From Alphaproteobacteria bacterium (lineage in GTDB: Bacteria; Pseudomonadota; Alphaproteobacteria; UBA828), in assembly GCA_963422645.2 (NCBI GenBank), contig CAXXVO010000006.1:232390-296389 (forward strand): 64,000 nucleotides of DNA, read 5' to 3'. Each line of letters starts with the position of its first letter. Positions within the stretch are counted from its first letter, which is position 1. Made by a program: the position numbers and the translations under genes. This document shows, piece by piece, positions 9,843-22,890 of this stretch. The notes beneath the pieces are model-generated. The model did no database searches. It worked only from the letters and a program-made list of their open reading frames with translations, and was not told the origin of the DNA.

Positions 9843-12709
9843 CCACCGACTATCGCGATACCGTCCTCATGCCGCGCACCGCCTTCCCCATGAAGGCGCG
9901 GCTGCCCGAACGCGAGCCGGCGACGGCCGCGCGCTGGGAAGAGATCGACCTTTACCGGCTCCTCAGGGAGGACTCGGCCGGCCGGCCCAAGTTCGTGCTG
10001 CACGACGGCCCGCCCTACGCCAACGGCCACCTTCACCTTGGCACGGCGCTGAACAAGATCCTGAAGGATGTCGTCGTGCGCTCCCAGCAGATGCTGGGCA
10101 AGGATTCGGTCTACGTTCCGGGCTGGGATTGCCACGGCCTGCCCATCGAATGGCAGGTGGAGCAGGCCTACCGCAAGGAAGGCCGCGACAAGGATTCCGT
10201 CCCGGTCAGCGACTTCCGCGCCGACTGCCGCGCCTTCGCCGACCACTGGATCGACGTGCAGCGCAACGAGTTCAAGCGCCTGGGCGTGATCGGCGACTGG
10301 GACAATCCCTACACCACCATGAGCTTCGCGGCCGAGGCGCAGATCGTGCGCGAGCTTGGCCGCTTCCTGGTAGATGGCAGCCTCTACCTGGGCGCGCGGC
10401 CGGTCATGTGGTCGCCGGTCGAAAAAACCGCGCTGGCCGAGGCCGAGATCGAGTACCACGATCACAAGTCGGTGGTGATCACCGTCGCCTTCCCGGTGAT
10501 CGAGAGCCCGCTGGAGGCTCTGGACGGTGCGGCCATCGTCATCTGGACGACGACGCCCTGGACCATCCCCGGCAACCGCTGCATCGCCTACGGCGACGCC
10601 GTGCGCTACCAGGTGCTCGAAGTGACCGAGGTCGCGGACAGCGCGGCAATCTCGCCCGGCACGCGCATCGCCGCTGCCGAGGAGCTCGCGCCCACCCTCT
10701 GTAAGGAGAGCGGAATCACCGGCCACCGGGTGATCGCCTCCGGCCTCCCCGGCACCGCCTTCGCCGGCACCGTCTGCGCCCACCCCCTGCGCGGCAGGGG
10801 TTACGACTTCCCGGTGCCGCTGATCCCTGCCGATCACGTCACCACCGAGCAGGGCACCGGCTTCGTCCACATCGCACCGGGTCACGGCGCGGAGGACTTC
10901 GAGGCGGTCGCAAGCTATAACGCAGGCCTCTCTGCGGGCGGCGGCGATGGCGCGCCGATCGAGACCCCTGCCACGGTGGACGACGACGGCTGCTTCTACG
11001 ACCACGTGCCGGCCTTCGCCGGCAAGCACGTCTACAAGGTTAACGGCGAGATCGCCGACGCGCTGGCCGACGCCGGCCGGCTGCTCGCGCGTGGCGCGCT
11101 GGTGCACTCCTATCCCCACTCCTGGCGCTCCAAGGCGCCGCTGATCTTCCGCAACACGAGCCAGTGGTTCATCAGCATGGAGACCACCGGCCTTCGCAGC
11201 ACCGCGCTCGACGCCATCGACCGGGTGCGCTGGGTGCCGCCTGCGGGGCGGGCACGCATCCGGTCCATGATCGAGACCCGGCCGGACTGGGTGCTCTCGC
11301 GCCAGCGGGTCTGGGGCGTGCCGATCACGGTCTTCGTCTCGCGCGAGGACGGCACGCCGCTGCGCGATCCGCAGGTGGTCGAGCGCATCGCCGCCGTGGT
11401 CGAGGCGGAAGGCGCCGACGCCTGGTTCACCAGCGACAACGCGCGCTTCCTCGCGCCGGAGTACGACCCGGAGGCCTACGACAAGGTCACCGATATTCTG
11501 GATGTCTGGTTCGAGAGCGGCACCACCCACAGCTTCGTCCTGGAGCAGCGGCCGGAGCTGATGTGGCCGGCGTCGCTCTACCTTGAAGGCTCGGACCAGC
11601 ACCGGGGCTGGTTCCACAGCTCGCTGCTCGAATCCTGCGGCACCCGCGGCCGCGCGCCCTACGACGCCGTGCTCACCCACGGCTTCGTGGTCGATGGCGA
11701 GGGGCGTAAGATGTCGAAGTCGCTGGGCAACGTCATCGCACCGCACCAGGTGAACGAGCGCTACGGCGCCGACATCCTCCGGCTCTGGGTGGTGAGCACG
11801 GACTACGCCGAAGACCTCAGGATCAGCGACGAAATCCTGCGTCACCAGGTCGATTCGTACCGGCGGCTGCGCAACACGCTGCGCTACCTCCTGGGCAATC
11901 TTGCCGATTTCCACCCGGGCGAGCGCCTGCCGGCGTCCGAACTGCCCGCTTTGGAGTGCTGGGTGCTGCACCGGCTCCACGGTCTCGACCGCGACGTCCG
12001 CCAATGGTGCGAGGACTTCGCCTTCCACGAGATGTTCGTGGCGCTGCACCACTTCTGCGCGGTCGATCTCTCGGCCTTCTACTTCGACATTCGCAAAGAC
12101 GCGCTCTATTGCGAGAGCGCGGGCTCGGCCCGCCGTCGTGCCGTGCGCACCGTGCTCGACACGCTCTTCGACTGCCTCAGCGCCTGGCTCGCCCCCTTCC
12201 TCTGCTTCACCGCAGAGGAGGCCTGGCTTGCCCGCTATCCGGACGATACGAGCGTGCACCTGCGCGTCTTCCCCGCGCTGCCGGCCGAGTGGCAGGACGA
12301 CGCGCTCGCCGAGCGCATCGAGCGCATGCGCGCGGTTCGCCGCGTCGTCACCAAGGCGCTGGAGTGGCACCGGTCTATCAAAGATATCGGCTCGTCGCTG
12401 GAGGCGGCGCCGACGGTGTTCGTGGACGAACACTACCGAGATGCGCTGACCTATGACGATGACGATTGCGCGACACTCTTCATTACTTCGGCCGCGACGA
12501 TCAGGCCGTTAAGAGAAGCGCCCGTCGACAGCACCGTCGTCAACCTGCCGGAGGTACCTGGAGTCCATGTCGTGTTCGCGCCGGCAAGGGGTGAAAAGTG
12601 CGCGCGATGCTGGCGGCTCCTGCCCGAAGTCGGCGGCGACGAGCGCCATCCGGACATCTGCGGCCGCTGCGTGAGCGCCGTCGAGGCTGCCCGCCCGGCA
12701 GCCGCCTAG
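9839..12709 (+). CDS. ileS: Isoleucine--tRNA ligase
   Basis: LHDGPPYANG, HLGT (HIGH-like), GWDCHGLP, EGSDQHRGWF, KMSKS and a C-terminal CxxC...CxxC zinc finger. ATG at 9839 overlaps the ribF stop. Confidence 0.97.
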   Translation: MTTDYRDTVLMPRTAFPMKARLPEREPATAARWEEIDLYRLLREDSAGRPKFVLHDGPPYANGHLHLGTALNKILKDVVVRSQQMLGKDSVYVPGWDCHGLPIEWQVEQAYRKEGRDKDSVPVSDFRADCRAFADHWIDVQRNEFKRLGVIGDWDNPYTTMSFAAEAQIVRELGRFLVDGSLYLGARPVMWSPVEKTALAEAEIEYHDHKSVVITVAFPVIESPLEALDGAAIVIWTTTPWTIPGNRCIAYGDAVRYQVLEVTEVADSAAISPGTRIAAAEELAPTLCKESGITGHRVIASGLPGTAFAGTVCAHPLRGRGYDFPVPLIPADHVTTEQGTGFVHIAPGHGAEDFEAVASYNAGLSAGGGDGAPIETPATVDDDGCFYDHVPAFAGKHVYKVNGEIADALADAGRLLARGALVHSYPHSWRSKAPLIFRNTSQWFISMETTGLRSTALDAIDRVRWVPPAGRARIRSMIETRPDWVLSRQRVWGVPITVFVSREDGTPLRDPQVVERIAAVVEAEGADAWFTSDNARFLAPEYDPEAYDKVTDILDVWFESGTTHSFVLEQRPELMWPASLYLEGSDQHRGWFHSSLLESCGTRGRAPYDAVLTHGFVVDGEGRKMSKSLGNVIAPHQVNERYGADILRLWVVSTDYAEDLRISDEILRHQVDSYRRLRNTLRYLLGNLADFHPGERLPASELPALECWVLHRLHGLDRDVRQWCEDFAFHEMFVALHHFCAVDLSAFYFDIRKDALYCESAGSARRRAVRTVLDTLFDCLSAWLAPFLCFTAEEAWLARYPDDTSVHLRVFPALPAEWQDDALAERIERMRAVRRVVTKALEWHRSIKDIGSSLEAAPTVFVDEHYRDALTYDDDDCATLFITSAATIRPLREAPVDSTVVNLPEVPGVHVVFAPARGEKCARCWRLLPEVGGDERHPDICGRCVSAVEAARPAAA

Positions 12710-12744
12710 CCGGCTCAGCGGCGCCGGGCTCGGGAAGGGCGGCC

Positions 12745-13224
12745 GTGCTCCGCCTCGGACTGCCGCTCGCGGCCGCCGCCATCGCCGCCGACCAGATCAG
12801 CAAGTGGGCCGCGCGCGATGCGCTCTGGGACCCGCTCCGGCGCATCGAGCTAACCTCCTTCTTCAATCTCGTTCCCGCCGAGAACAAGGGCATCAGCTTC
12901 GGTCTGTTCCAGAGCGAGGGCGCCGGCATGTTGCTGATTGTCGGCCTCGCCCTCGCGATTTCGGTCGGACTCGGTGTCTGGCTGCATCGCAGCCGCTCCC
13001 GCTGGCAGGCGTGCGCGCTCGGCCTCGTCATCGGCGGCGCGGTCGGCAACGTGGTCGATCGGCTGCGCCTCGGCTGGGTCATCGACTTTCTCGATTTCCA
13101 CGGCGGCGGCTATCATTGGCCGACCTTCAACCTAGCCGACTCCGCGATCAGCGTGGGCGTCGTGATGCTGATCGTGCACGGCTTCTTGATGAAGCCACGG
13201 AAAGAGCCTAGAAAAGAATCATGA
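12745..13224 (+). CDS. lspA: Lipoprotein signal peptidase II
   Basis: DQISK, NKGISFG, GAVGNVVDR, VIDF and FNLADSAI motifs. Confidence 0.95.
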   Translation: MLRLGLPLAAAAIAADQISKWAARDALWDPLRRIELTSFFNLVPAENKGISFGLFQSEGAGMLLIVGLALAISVGLGVWLHRSRSRWQACALGLVIGGAVGNVVDRLRLGWVIDFLDFHGGGYHWPTFNLADSAISVGVVMLIVHGFLMKPRKEPRKES

Positions 13225-13754
13225 AGCAGGTTGCACATCGCCCGTTCCGACGCGAGAGAATCGGCCGCCGTGTGGCGGCGGGCCTCGGCGCTCTGGCGCT
13301 GGTGGCGTCCCTTTCCGCCTGCGAGAGCCTCAACGAGACCTTCGGCTTCGGTAAGAAGGCGCCGGACGAGTTTGCGGTGGCGCGAAACGCGCCGCTCACG
13401 GTGCCGCCAGACTACACGCTGCGCCCACCCCAGCCCGGCGCGCCCAACGCCAACCAGGCCTCAGTGCGCGATCAGGCCGAGAGCGTCCTGTTGCAGGAGG
13501 CCGGCGTCAGCCCTGCCGAGAGTGCGGCGGCAACGAGCGGCGAGACCGCCCTGATCGAACGGGCCGGCGCGACCGACGTGGACCCGAACATCCGGCAGAG
13601 CCTGGATCGCGGGGTCTCGCGCGACGGCCCGAAGGACAAGAGCTTCCTCGATTCGCTCATGTTCTGGCGGGATGACGATCCGCCGGGCGACGTGATCGAC
13701 GCGGATGCTGAGGCCGAACGGCTGCGCGAGAAGGGCGGAGAGGACAGCCAGTGA
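13221..13754 (+). CDS. DUF3035-like lipoprotein
   Basis: Lipobox LSAC; PDEFAV..APLTVPPDYTLRPP; conserved position after lspA in Alphaproteobacteria. Confidence 0.8.
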   Translation: MKQVAHRPFRRERIGRRVAAGLGALALVASLSACESLNETFGFGKKAPDEFAVARNAPLTVPPDYTLRPPQPGAPNANQASVRDQAESVLLQEAGVSPAESAAATSGETALIERAGATDVDPNIRQSLDRGVSRDGPKDKSFLDSLMFWRDDDPPGDVIDADAEAERLREKGGEDSQ

Positions 13755-13808
13755 GGGCGGGCGGGATGCCGGCCGTCAAGCGGCGCAAGAAGGCACCTCT
13801 GGAAGGGA

Positions 13809-15122
13809 TTGTCTGAGTTGACGCGGCGAGGCCGCGCCCCGACCGAGTCCGAACCATCTGTCGAGACGTCGCCGGCCGTGACGCAGGGCGTGGACGCCTG
13901 CTTCGCCGATGCCGTAGGCCCGGGCGGAATCCCGCGCTCCGCATTCCAGGAACTGCTGCATGAGGCGGCGGCCGCGCTCGAGCGGCTGCGTCAGGCACGC
14001 GCGTCCGGGGCGCATCGCTTCCTCGCCTGTGCCGACTCGCGCGACGATCTCGCCGCGTTGGAGGCGCTGGCTCGCGACTGGCGCGGGCGCTATCGCCGCC
14101 TCGTCGTCCTCGGCACCGGCGGCGCCAGCCTCGGCGGCAAGGCGCTCGCCGCTGCCGGGCCGGAGAGCGAGCGGCTGCTGGTCCTGGACAACGGCGACGC
14201 CGACCGCTTCGACAGCCTGTTGAAAGGACCGGGCCTCGACCGTACCGGCTTCCTGGTCATCTCGAAATCAGGCGCCACCGCCGAGACTCTCGCGCAAGCG
14301 CTGCTCGTGCTGGGCGATGCGGGTCCTGCAAGCGTCGCTGCCGTCATCACCCAGCCCGGCGCGAGTCCCTTGCGCCGGCTGGCCGCACGCTTCGACCTGC
14401 CCGTCCTCGATCACGATCCGGCACTGGGAGGCCGGTTCTCGGCGCTCTCCCTGGTCGGCCTCCTGCCCGCGATGTTCGCCGGCATTGACGGCCGGGCCGC
14501 CCGGGACGGTGCGCAGGCGGTGCTGGCGGCGGCGCTGGCGGCGCGAACGCCCGGCGAGTCGGCGCCGGCGGTCGGCGCGGCGCTCGCGGTCGCCGCCATG
14601 CGGGCCTGGCCGGCGGCCAGCATGGTGCTCATGCCCTACGGCCCCAACCTCTACCCCTTCGGGCTCTGGTATCGGCAGCTCTGGGCCGAATCTCTCGGCA
14701 AGGACGGGCATGGTTCCACGCCGATTCTGGCGCCCGGCCCGGTGGACCAGCACAGCCAGCTGCAGCTCTTCCTGGACGGCCCCGGCGGCAACCTCTTCAC
14801 CATCCTCGAGGCACCTGACCCGGTGCCCCGCAGCGTGGACGCCGCGCTGGCCGAAGCGATCGGTGCGGGCTACCTGGGCGGGCGCAGCATGGGTGAGCTG
14901 ATCGCGGCGCAGGCGCGCGCCACGGCCACAATGCTCAGCGAAGCCGGCCGGCCCGTGCGCCGCCTGGGCGTTGCGGCGGCCGACGCTTGCGCTGTCGGTG
15001 CGCTGATGATGCACTTCATGCTAGAGACCGTGGTGGCCGCGCACCTGCTCGGCGTCGACCCCTTCGACCAGCCGGCGGTGGAACGGGGCAAGGAGTTGGC
15101 GCGCCGCGACCTGGAAGCCTAG
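13809..15122 (+). CDS. pgi: Glucose-6-phosphate isomerase
   Basis: [38 protein letters not shown] and PFDQPAVE motifs; start codon uncertain. Confidence 0.9.
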   Translation: MSELTRRGRAPTESEPSVETSPAVTQGVDACFADAVGPGGIPRSAFQELLHEAAAALERLRQARASGAHRFLACADSRDDLAALEALARDWRGRYRRLVVLGTGGASLGGKALAAAGPESERLLVLDNGDADRFDSLLKGPGLDRTGFLVISKSGATAETLAQALLVLGDAGPASVAAVITQPGASPLRRLAARFDLPVLDHDPALGGRFSALSLVGLLPAMFAGIDGRAARDGAQAVLAAALAARTPGESAPAVGAALAVAAMRAWPAASMVLMPYGPNLYPFGLWYRQLWAESLGKDGHGSTPILAPGPVDQHSQLQLFLDGPGGNLFTILEAPDPVPRSVDAALAEAIGAGYLGGRSMGELIAAQARATATMLSEAGRPVRRLGVAAADACAVGALMMHFMLETVVAAHLLGVDPFDQPAVERGKELARRDLEA

Positions 15123-15124
15123 CC

Positions 15125-16953
<1,829 letters not shown>

Positions 16954-16957
<4 letters not shown>

Positions 16958-17048
16958 AGCGCGTCCGTCTTTGACGGACGAGCAACAGGCCGGCCGCCGT
17001 GAGCGACAAATTCCTAAAGCGTTTCCGTGCAAATCGGAAACGCTCTAA
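16954..17048. repeat. Short palindromic intergenic element (TTAGAGCG...CGCTCTAA)
   Basis: 8-bp terminal inverted repeat plus two internal hairpins, lying between convergent mutL and livF. Confidence 0.55.
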
Positions 17049-17054
17049 GCACCC

Positions 17055-17759
17055 TCAATCCCCAAAGTACGCCGCCGCGATGTCGGCGGATTCGCGCAGC
17101 TCGTCGGGCGTCCGCCTGTCGCCGATGCGGCCGGTCTCCAGCAGGTAGACCTCCTGCGCCAGGCTCATGGCGAAGTTCGCGTTCTGCTCGGTGATCATGA
17201 TGGTGAGGCCGAGCCGCTCGTTGAGGTCTCTGAGCACGGCGGCGATCTCCAGGCACACACGGGGCGCGAGGCCGAGCGTCGGCTCGTCCACCATCAGCAG
17301 CTTGGGGCTCGACATCAACGCCCGGCCGAGCGAGGCCATCTGACGCTCGCCGCCCGATTGGGTCACTGTCTCCTGGTTCTGCCGCTCTTCCAGCCGCGGG
17401 AAGAGGTCGAAGACGGTGCGTAGATTGACCTCGATCTGGTCGCGCTTGCGGTAAGCGCCGACCAGCAGGTTTTCCTTCACCCCCATGAAGGGGAAGAGGT
17501 TGCCGCGCTCCGGCGCGTAGCCGATGCCGAGCCGGACGATCCGCGCCGGCGACATCCGGCTGATGTCGCGGCCCTCGAATTCGATCCGGCCGCGCCGCCG
17601 AGTGAGCCCGATGACCGAATCGAGAAGGGTCGACTTGCCGGCGCCGTTGGGGCCGACGACGGCGACGATCCGGCCCGCCTCGACGTCGAGCGAGACGCCG
17701 TGCAGCGCCTGCGCGCGGCCGTAGAAGACGTCGAGATCGCCGATGCTCAGCAGCGCCAC
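17055..17759 (-). CDS. Branched-chain amino acid-type ABC transporter ATPase (LivF-like)
   Basis: [15 protein letters not shown] and LMVDEP motifs. Confidence 0.9.
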   Translation of the reverse strand: MALLSIGDLDVFYGRAQALHGVSLDVEAGRIVAVVGPNGAGKSTLLDSVIGLTRRRGRIEFEGRDISRMSPARIVRLGIGYAPERGNLFPFMGVKENLLVGAYRKRDQIEVNLRTVFDLFPRLEERQNQETVTQSGGERQMASLGRALMSSPKLLMVDEPTLGLAPRVCLEIAAVLRDLNERLGLTIMITEQNANFAMSLAQEVYLLETGRIGDRRTPDELRESADIAAAYFGD

Positions 17760-17780
17760 GGCCCTCTCTCCTCCCCCCTC

Positions 17781-18533
17781 CTATTGCCCGAGGTAGGCAT
17801 CGCGCACCGCCTCGTCGCGCACCACGTCGTCGAAGGTGCCCTCCGCGATGACCTCGCCGAAGGACATCACGATGACCCGGTCCACCAGGGGCGCGAGCGC
17901 GCGCAGGTCATGGCTCACGATGATGTAGGTGAGCCCGTCCTTGCGCTTCTTCTCGACCAGCAGCTCGGAGATCTGGGCGATCTCGCGCAGCGTAAGGCCG
18001 GCGAAGACCTCGTCGAGAAGCAGCAGCGTGGGCGCGACGGCGACGTTGCGCGCCATCTCCAGCCGGCGCAGGTCGCCCATGGCAAGCTCGCTCGGCAGCA
18101 TACCGATCTGCTCGTCGGAGAAGCCGACGCTGTGGCCGATCTCCGCCTCGGCCGCGTGGTCCGCTCCCTCGCCGATGAGCTTCCAGATATCGTCCGGCGC
18201 CATGCCGACGCGGATGTTGGCGCCCACCGACATTTCGGCGAAGGGCTGGGGCACCTGATAGGTCCGCGCGATGCCGCGCTTGACCCGCTCGTAGGTGGGC
18301 ACGCGGGTGATGTTCTCGCCCTTGAACCAGATCTCGCCGCTGGTGGGCTTGAGCTCCGCCATGATCATGTTGAAGACGGTGGTCTTGCCGGCGCCGTTGG
18401 GGCCGATCAGGCCGAGGGTCTCGCCCTCCGCCACCTGGAACGAGATCCCCTGCACGGCGCGGATGCCGCCGAAGGTCATGTGGAGGTCGCGCACCTCCAG
18501 CAGCGGACCCGCGCTCGCCGTCACCGCCGCCAC
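17781..18533 (-). CDS. Branched-chain amino acid-type ABC transporter ATPase (LivG-like)
   Basis: [14 protein letters not shown] and AYLG motifs. Confidence 0.9.
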   Translation of the reverse strand: MAAVTASAGPLLEVRDLHMTFGGIRAVQGISFQVAEGETLGLIGPNGAGKTTVFNMIMAELKPTSGEIWFKGENITRVPTYERVKRGIARTYQVPQPFAEMSVGANIRVGMAPDDIWKLIGEGADHAAEAEIGHSVGFSDEQIGMLPSELAMGDLRRLEMARNVAVAPTLLLLDEVFAGLTLREIAQISELLVEKKRKDGLTYIIVSHDLRALAPLVDRVIVMSFGEVIAEGTFDDVVRDEAVRDAYLGQ

Positions 18534-19474
18534 TCCTGCACCTTGCGGCCGGCGTCTACGATGATGCTATAGATGCCTTCCGGCCGGACGACGTAGAGCA
18601 CCAGCGCGATTCCGCCGTAGAGCAGATAGCGTTCCATGCCCGGCATCACCGGCCGCAGGTATTCCAGCAGGACGGTCAGGAAGTAGGCGCCCAAGATCGG
18701 GCCGATAATGGTTTCCGCCCCGCCCAGCAGCGCCGCAACCAGGATGGTGAAGAGGAAGTTGATCTCGAACATGCCGCGCGGCGCGATCGAGCCGATGTAA
18801 TGGACGTAGAAGGCGCCGCCGATGCCGGAGACCGCCGCGCTCACCGTGAAGGCGAAGAGCTTGAGCTTGGTGGTGTTGTGGCCGGTGCTGCGGACGGCAT
18901 CCTCGTTCATTCTGATGGCGCTCAGTGCGACGCCGAGCCGCGTGCGGATGAGCAGCCAGAGCACCACGCCAATGATGAACATGATGCCGAAGCTGAGGTA
19001 GTAGTTGTTGACGGCGCCGGTGACGATGGAATCGAGGCCGGAGATGCCCCGCGTGCCGCCGGTGATCTTGGGCGCCACCACCTTGGTGAGCTGGTAGAGG
19101 ATCTCCATGAAGGCGAGCGTCACCAGGGCGAAATAGGTGCCGCGGATGCGCAGTGCCGGCAGGAAGAAAAGCGTGCCGCCCACCATGGTCGCGACGACCG
19201 CTGCCGGAATGCTGTAGTAGATCGGCACGTCGAATCGGAAACTGAGGATCGCCGTGGTATAGCCGGCGATGCCGATCAGGAAGGGGTGGCCGAAGCTGAT
19301 GTAGCCGGTCCGGCCTGAGAGGAAATCCCAGCTCATGGCGAACATCGCCAGGAAGTGGGCGAAGATCAGGATGCGCAGCGTGCCGGTGCCGACCACCAGC
19401 GGCAGCAGGCACATGAGCACGCCGAAGGCGAGCCACCAGCCGAGATAGCGCAGCGTCTCGCGGTCGATGGCCAC
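18521..19474 (-). CDS. Branched-chain amino acid-type ABC permease (LivM-like)
   Basis: [20 protein letters not shown] and AIRMNE motifs; multiple TM helices. Confidence 0.9.
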   Translation of the reverse strand: MAIDRETLRYLGWWLAFGVLMCLLPLVVGTGTLRILIFAHFLAMFAMSWDFLSGRTGYISFGHPFLIGIAGYTTAILSFRFDVPIYYSIPAAVVATMVGGTLFFLPALRIRGTYFALVTLAFMEILYQLTKVVAPKITGGTRGISGLDSIVTGAVNNYYLSFGIMFIIGVVLWLLIRTRLGVALSAIRMNEDAVRSTGHNTTKLKLFAFTVSAAVSGIGGAFYVHYIGSIAPRGMFEINFLFTILVAALLGGAETIIGPILGAYFLTVLLEYLRPVMPGMERYLLYGGIALVLYVVRPEGIYSIIVDAGRKVQEWRR

Positions 19475-19477
19475 GGC

Positions 19478-20332
19478 TCAGAGCTCCGCCCTGCCGAAGA
19501 GGCCCTTGGGCCGCACCAGCAGCACCAGGATGATGAGCAGCATGGTGGAGACGCCGCGCAGCTCGGCCGCGATGATCGTGGTCGTGATGGTCTCCACGAA
19601 GCCGATGATGTGGGCCGCAATCAGGCTGCCCACGATGCTGCCGATGCCGCCGACAATCACCACGGCGACCGAGATGATGAGCGGGAACACCCACATGTGG
19701 GAATCGAGCTGGGTAAAGGTGGCGAAGAAGACCCCGGCGATGGCCCCGAAGGCACCTGAGAGCGCCCAGGTCACCATGCTGATGACGCTGGGCTCGATGC
19801 CCGAGATCACCGCGCCCTTGCGGTCCATGGAGACCGCGCGGATGGCGCGGCCGAGGTGGGTGTAACGCACGAAGGCAATGAGGCCGCTGAGCACGATCCA
19901 GCTCACGCCCGTGGCCAGCAGGATGTTCATGGTGACCGAGATGCCCTCGAAGCGCAGCACGCCGCGAATCACCGGCCACATGGTCTTGGGCGCGGCACCG
20001 AAGATCACAACGATCAGCGCCTGCATGACGACGGCGAGAATCAGCGTCGATATCTCGACCGCGATCGGGTTGTCTTCCAGCCGACGTACCAGCAACAAGT
20101 AGGTGAGCAGGCCGAAGGTCACGCCCGCCAGTATCGCCAGAATAAAGCTCGCGAAGACCGGCAGCCCCGCCCCCGGGAGGGCCGCGTAATAAATGTAGCC
20201 GCCGAGCATGATGTAGACGCCGTAGGCGAGGTTCAGCACCCGGCCCACGCTGAAGATCATGGTGAAGCCAACGGCGATCAGCGCATAGAGGCCGCTGAGT
20301 ACAAACCCTTGGATCAGGATCTGGAGCGCCAT
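19478..20332 (-). CDS. Branched-chain amino acid-type ABC permease (LivH-like)
   Basis: YALIAVGFTMIFSV..VLNLAYG, GRAIRAVS and VIVGGIGS motifs. Confidence 0.9.
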   Translation of the reverse strand: MALQILIQGFVLSGLYALIAVGFTMIFSVGRVLNLAYGVYIMLGGYIYYAALPGAGLPVFASFILAILAGVTFGLLTYLLLVRRLEDNPIAVEISTLILAVVMQALIVVIFGAAPKTMWPVIRGVLRFEGISVTMNILLATGVSWIVLSGLIAFVRYTHLGRAIRAVSMDRKGAVISGIEPSVISMVTWALSGAFGAIAGVFFATFTQLDSHMWVFPLIISVAVVIVGGIGSIVGSLIAAHIIGFVETITTTIIAAELRGVSTMLLIILVLLVRPKGLFGRAEL

Positions 20333-20479
20333 CCGGGTCCGCTCAGCCGCCGTCGCGTCGATGTTCGTGTGCCGGCCGAAACAGCGCTCTCACTCTCTGC
20401 TCCGGCCGGCTACAGTCAGGCTACAGACAGATTAGCCCGGGCGCGACCCGTGAGGCCGCGCCCGGAACTATAACGTTGC

Positions 20480-21784
20480 CTACTTCAGCCAGTCCGGCAC
20501 CTCGAACTCGCCGTTGGCGTATTTCGGCGGATAGACCACCTTGGTGGTGCCATCCGAGTACCACTGGATGACCACCATCGACGGCGCCCCTTCGTCATAG
20601 GGCGGATCGATGTCGAACTTGATGTTGTGGGTGTACTCCCGCTGGGTCCGGGGCTCGATCTCTCCCGGCTTCCAGAAGGCGTAGCGGAGCCAGATCTCGC
20701 CGTCCTTCTCGACGATGATATCGTCGTTCTCCATCTCGCGGACCCAGTCGTCGAGCGGCGCGAAGCCGCCGGCGCGCTCGGCTGCAGAGAAGGCGTTGAG
20801 CATGCCGTAATAGGCGTTGAAGCCGTTGAAGTGCGGGAAGACCGGCCGAGAGTCACCGTACTTGGCGGTGTAACGCTCGAGGAACTCCGCCGTGCGCGGG
20901 TCGATGTCGGAGCCGATCGAGGGCACCGGGCTCAGCGTCGAGATGCCGCCGCCGAGGCCGCCGGTGTCGTCCCAGAACTCCCGGGCGAAGGCAGAGACGT
21001 TGATCCCGGTCATCGGCACCGGCACCTCGAGCTTCACGTACTGCGAGGCAGGCACCTGGCTGCGCACCGCCGCGATCAGGTAGATGAAGTCGGGCTCGGC
21101 CGCCGCCGCCTTGTTGTAGATCGGCCCGAAGTCGACCGTGTTGGTGTCGTAGACGGTGTGACCGATGATCTCGATGCCGGCCTCCGGCGCGAGAACCTGC
21201 TCGATCAGTTCGTACACGCCGCCGCCGAACGCCGTGTCCTCCTGCAGCACGTACACGGTACTCCAGCCCATCTGCTTGGCGAGCACGTCCTTGCCGAAGT
21301 CGACATAGAGGATGGCCAGCGCGTAGTCGTTGGAGACGTTCATGAAGTACATCTTGTACTTCTCGTACTCCTCGACGACCTTGTCGATGATGCCGACGTA
21401 AGAGGTCCAGGTATCCAGCGTCGGCGTCCGGTACTCCGCCATGCGTTCGAGCCAGCCCAGCGACACGTCGTCGATGCAGCCCGAGATGATGAAGTCCACG
21501 TTCTCGACTTCGTTGAGATACTCGTAGGCCCGGATGCCTTCCTGCACGTCCTCACGCGTATCGGCCATGACCAGCTCGATCATGCGTCCGCCGAGTACAC
21601 CGCCGTTCGCATTGAGCTCCTCGATGGCGATCTCGGTGCCCCGGATCGTGCTCTTGCCGGTATCGGTATCGAAGGAACCGATATAACCAACTTTTATGGG
21701 GTCGGCAGCGGGCGCTGCCGTAGTTAGCGACCAGACGGCCACCGCCGCCGCGGCGGCTCCGATCAAGAGGTGACGGAGTCTCAT
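20480..21784 (-). CDS. ABC transporter substrate-binding protein (LivJ/K-like)
   Basis: Signal peptide, IKVG and ELNANGGVLGGR motifs; first gene of the liv-type operon. Confidence 0.85.
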   Translation of the reverse strand: MRLRHLLIGAAAAAVAVWSLTTAAPAADPIKVGYIGSFDTDTGKSTIRGTEIAIEELNANGGVLGGRMIELVMADTREDVQEGIRAYEYLNEVENVDFIISGCIDDVSLGWLERMAEYRTPTLDTWTSYVGIIDKVVEEYEKYKMYFMNVSNDYALAILYVDFGKDVLAKQMGWSTVYVLQEDTAFGGGVYELIEQVLAPEAGIEIIGHTVYDTNTVDFGPIYNKAAAAEPDFIYLIAAVRSQVPASQYVKLEVPVPMTGINVSAFAREFWDDTGGLGGGISTLSPVPSIGSDIDPRTAEFLERYTAKYGDSRPVFPHFNGFNAYYGMLNAFSAAERAGGFAPLDDWVREMENDDIIVEKDGEIWLRYAFWKPGEIEPRTQREYTHNIKFDIDPPYDEGAPSMVVIQWYSDGTTKVVYPPKYANGEFEVPDWLK

Positions 21785-21828
21785 GACCACCCTCCCATTC
21801 CTGTTATTGGTCTCGCGCGCGTAGCACT

Positions 21829-21898
21829 CTAGAGGGGTTCCCGATCGAGGGAAACCGCGTCCGTTGCAGGCCACCGATGCGTTTGGTGCATCCCTTAG
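21829..21898. repeat. Second short palindromic intergenic element (CTAGAGGG...CCCTTAG)
   Basis: Imperfect terminal inverted repeat with internal hairpins, similar in style to 16954-17048. Confidence 0.35.
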
Positions 21899-22761
21899 AC
21901 GCCGCCCCACCCCCCGGTCAGGTAGCGCTCGATGAAGGACGAACGATGGCCTGCGGCAGTCCAGAGGATGGGAAAGAAGGTCTCGTCCATGGCCGTCTCG
22001 CCCACGCGCTTGTAGCGGCCGTAGATGGCGCCGACGTTGCTTTCGTGGAATCGAGCCTCGCTCGAGAAGCAGTGGACGACCAGGCTGCGACGCCCGACTC
22101 CGGCGGCCTCCACGAGCGAGCCGTGCCAGGTGCGGCCGTGGTGGAAGGCTCCGCCTCCTGCCGGCACTTCCACCGGCACCAGCTCCGGCTTCACGCCTGC
22201 CCGCGACGCGGCGTCGTTCAGCGCCGCAAGCGGCTCATCGGGTGCATGGAAAGCGTCCGGCTGCGGCGAGAGGCCCCAGCGATGCGAGCCTCTGACATAG
22301 TTGACCGTCCCGGCATCGCGCGCGGTGTCGTCGAGGGCGATCCAGCAGCTCGTCATCTCGGGCGGCAACACCCAGTCCAAGTAGCTCGCATCCTGATGGA
22401 AGCCGAGGGACTTGCCGCCCGGCGGCTTCCACAGCAGGTTGTCCTGGGCGAGCCGCGCACCGGGCCAGCCGGAGAGCTGCGCACAGGCCGCGCCGACCTC
22501 GGCGGAGAGAATGGTCGCGGCGACAGCGCGGTCCGCTTTCCAGCCGTTGCAGATCTGGCGGGTCAGGTCGGGGGCGTCGCGGCCTTCGCGCCAGTTCCAC
22601 TCGTCAGGCTGGAGCCCGGTCTCGAACTCGCCGCGAAAGAGCGGCTCGAAGCGCTCGCGCAGGCGCGCCGCTGTCGCGGGCGGAATGATGCGCGGCACAA
22701 CGGCGAAGCCGTCCTCGGCAAAGGACGCACGCTGCCGGTCGGTCAGCGTGAATCCTGCCAT
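21895..22761 (-). CDS. Phytanoyl-CoA dioxygenase family (Fe/2OG) protein
   Basis: HQD motif, CWIALDD, VRGSHRW and FHHGRTWHGS. Confidence 0.85.
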   Translation of the reverse strand: MAGFTLTDRQRASFAEDGFAVVPRIIPPATAARLRERFEPLFRGEFETGLQPDEWNWREGRDAPDLTRQICNGWKADRAVAATILSAEVGAACAQLSGWPGARLAQDNLLWKPPGGKSLGFHQDASYLDWVLPPEMTSCWIALDDTARDAGTVNYVRGSHRWGLSPQPDAFHAPDEPLAALNDAASRAGVKPELVPVEVPAGGGAFHHGRTWHGSLVEAAGVGRRSLVVHCFSSEARFHESNVGAIYGRYKRVGETAMDETFFPILWTAAGHRSSFIERYLTGGWGGV

Positions 22762-22890
22762 GCTCCCCCTCCCTTCGACCGTGCTTGGCGCACTCGGGCC
22801 AATGTCTCGCCATCATAGAAAGGCCCCTTAGCTGCACAACGGCCCGACCAGCGCTTTGCAAATCCGTCCGACGGATGGGACAAGGCGCCC

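Noticed and set aside
4302-12433. Long antisense ORFs (675, 516 and 925 aa) opposite the SBP genes and ileS, and similar ones elsewhere (27301-29619, 54195-56876)
   Set aside because: Shadow frames expected in high-GC coding DNA; no recognisable motifs.
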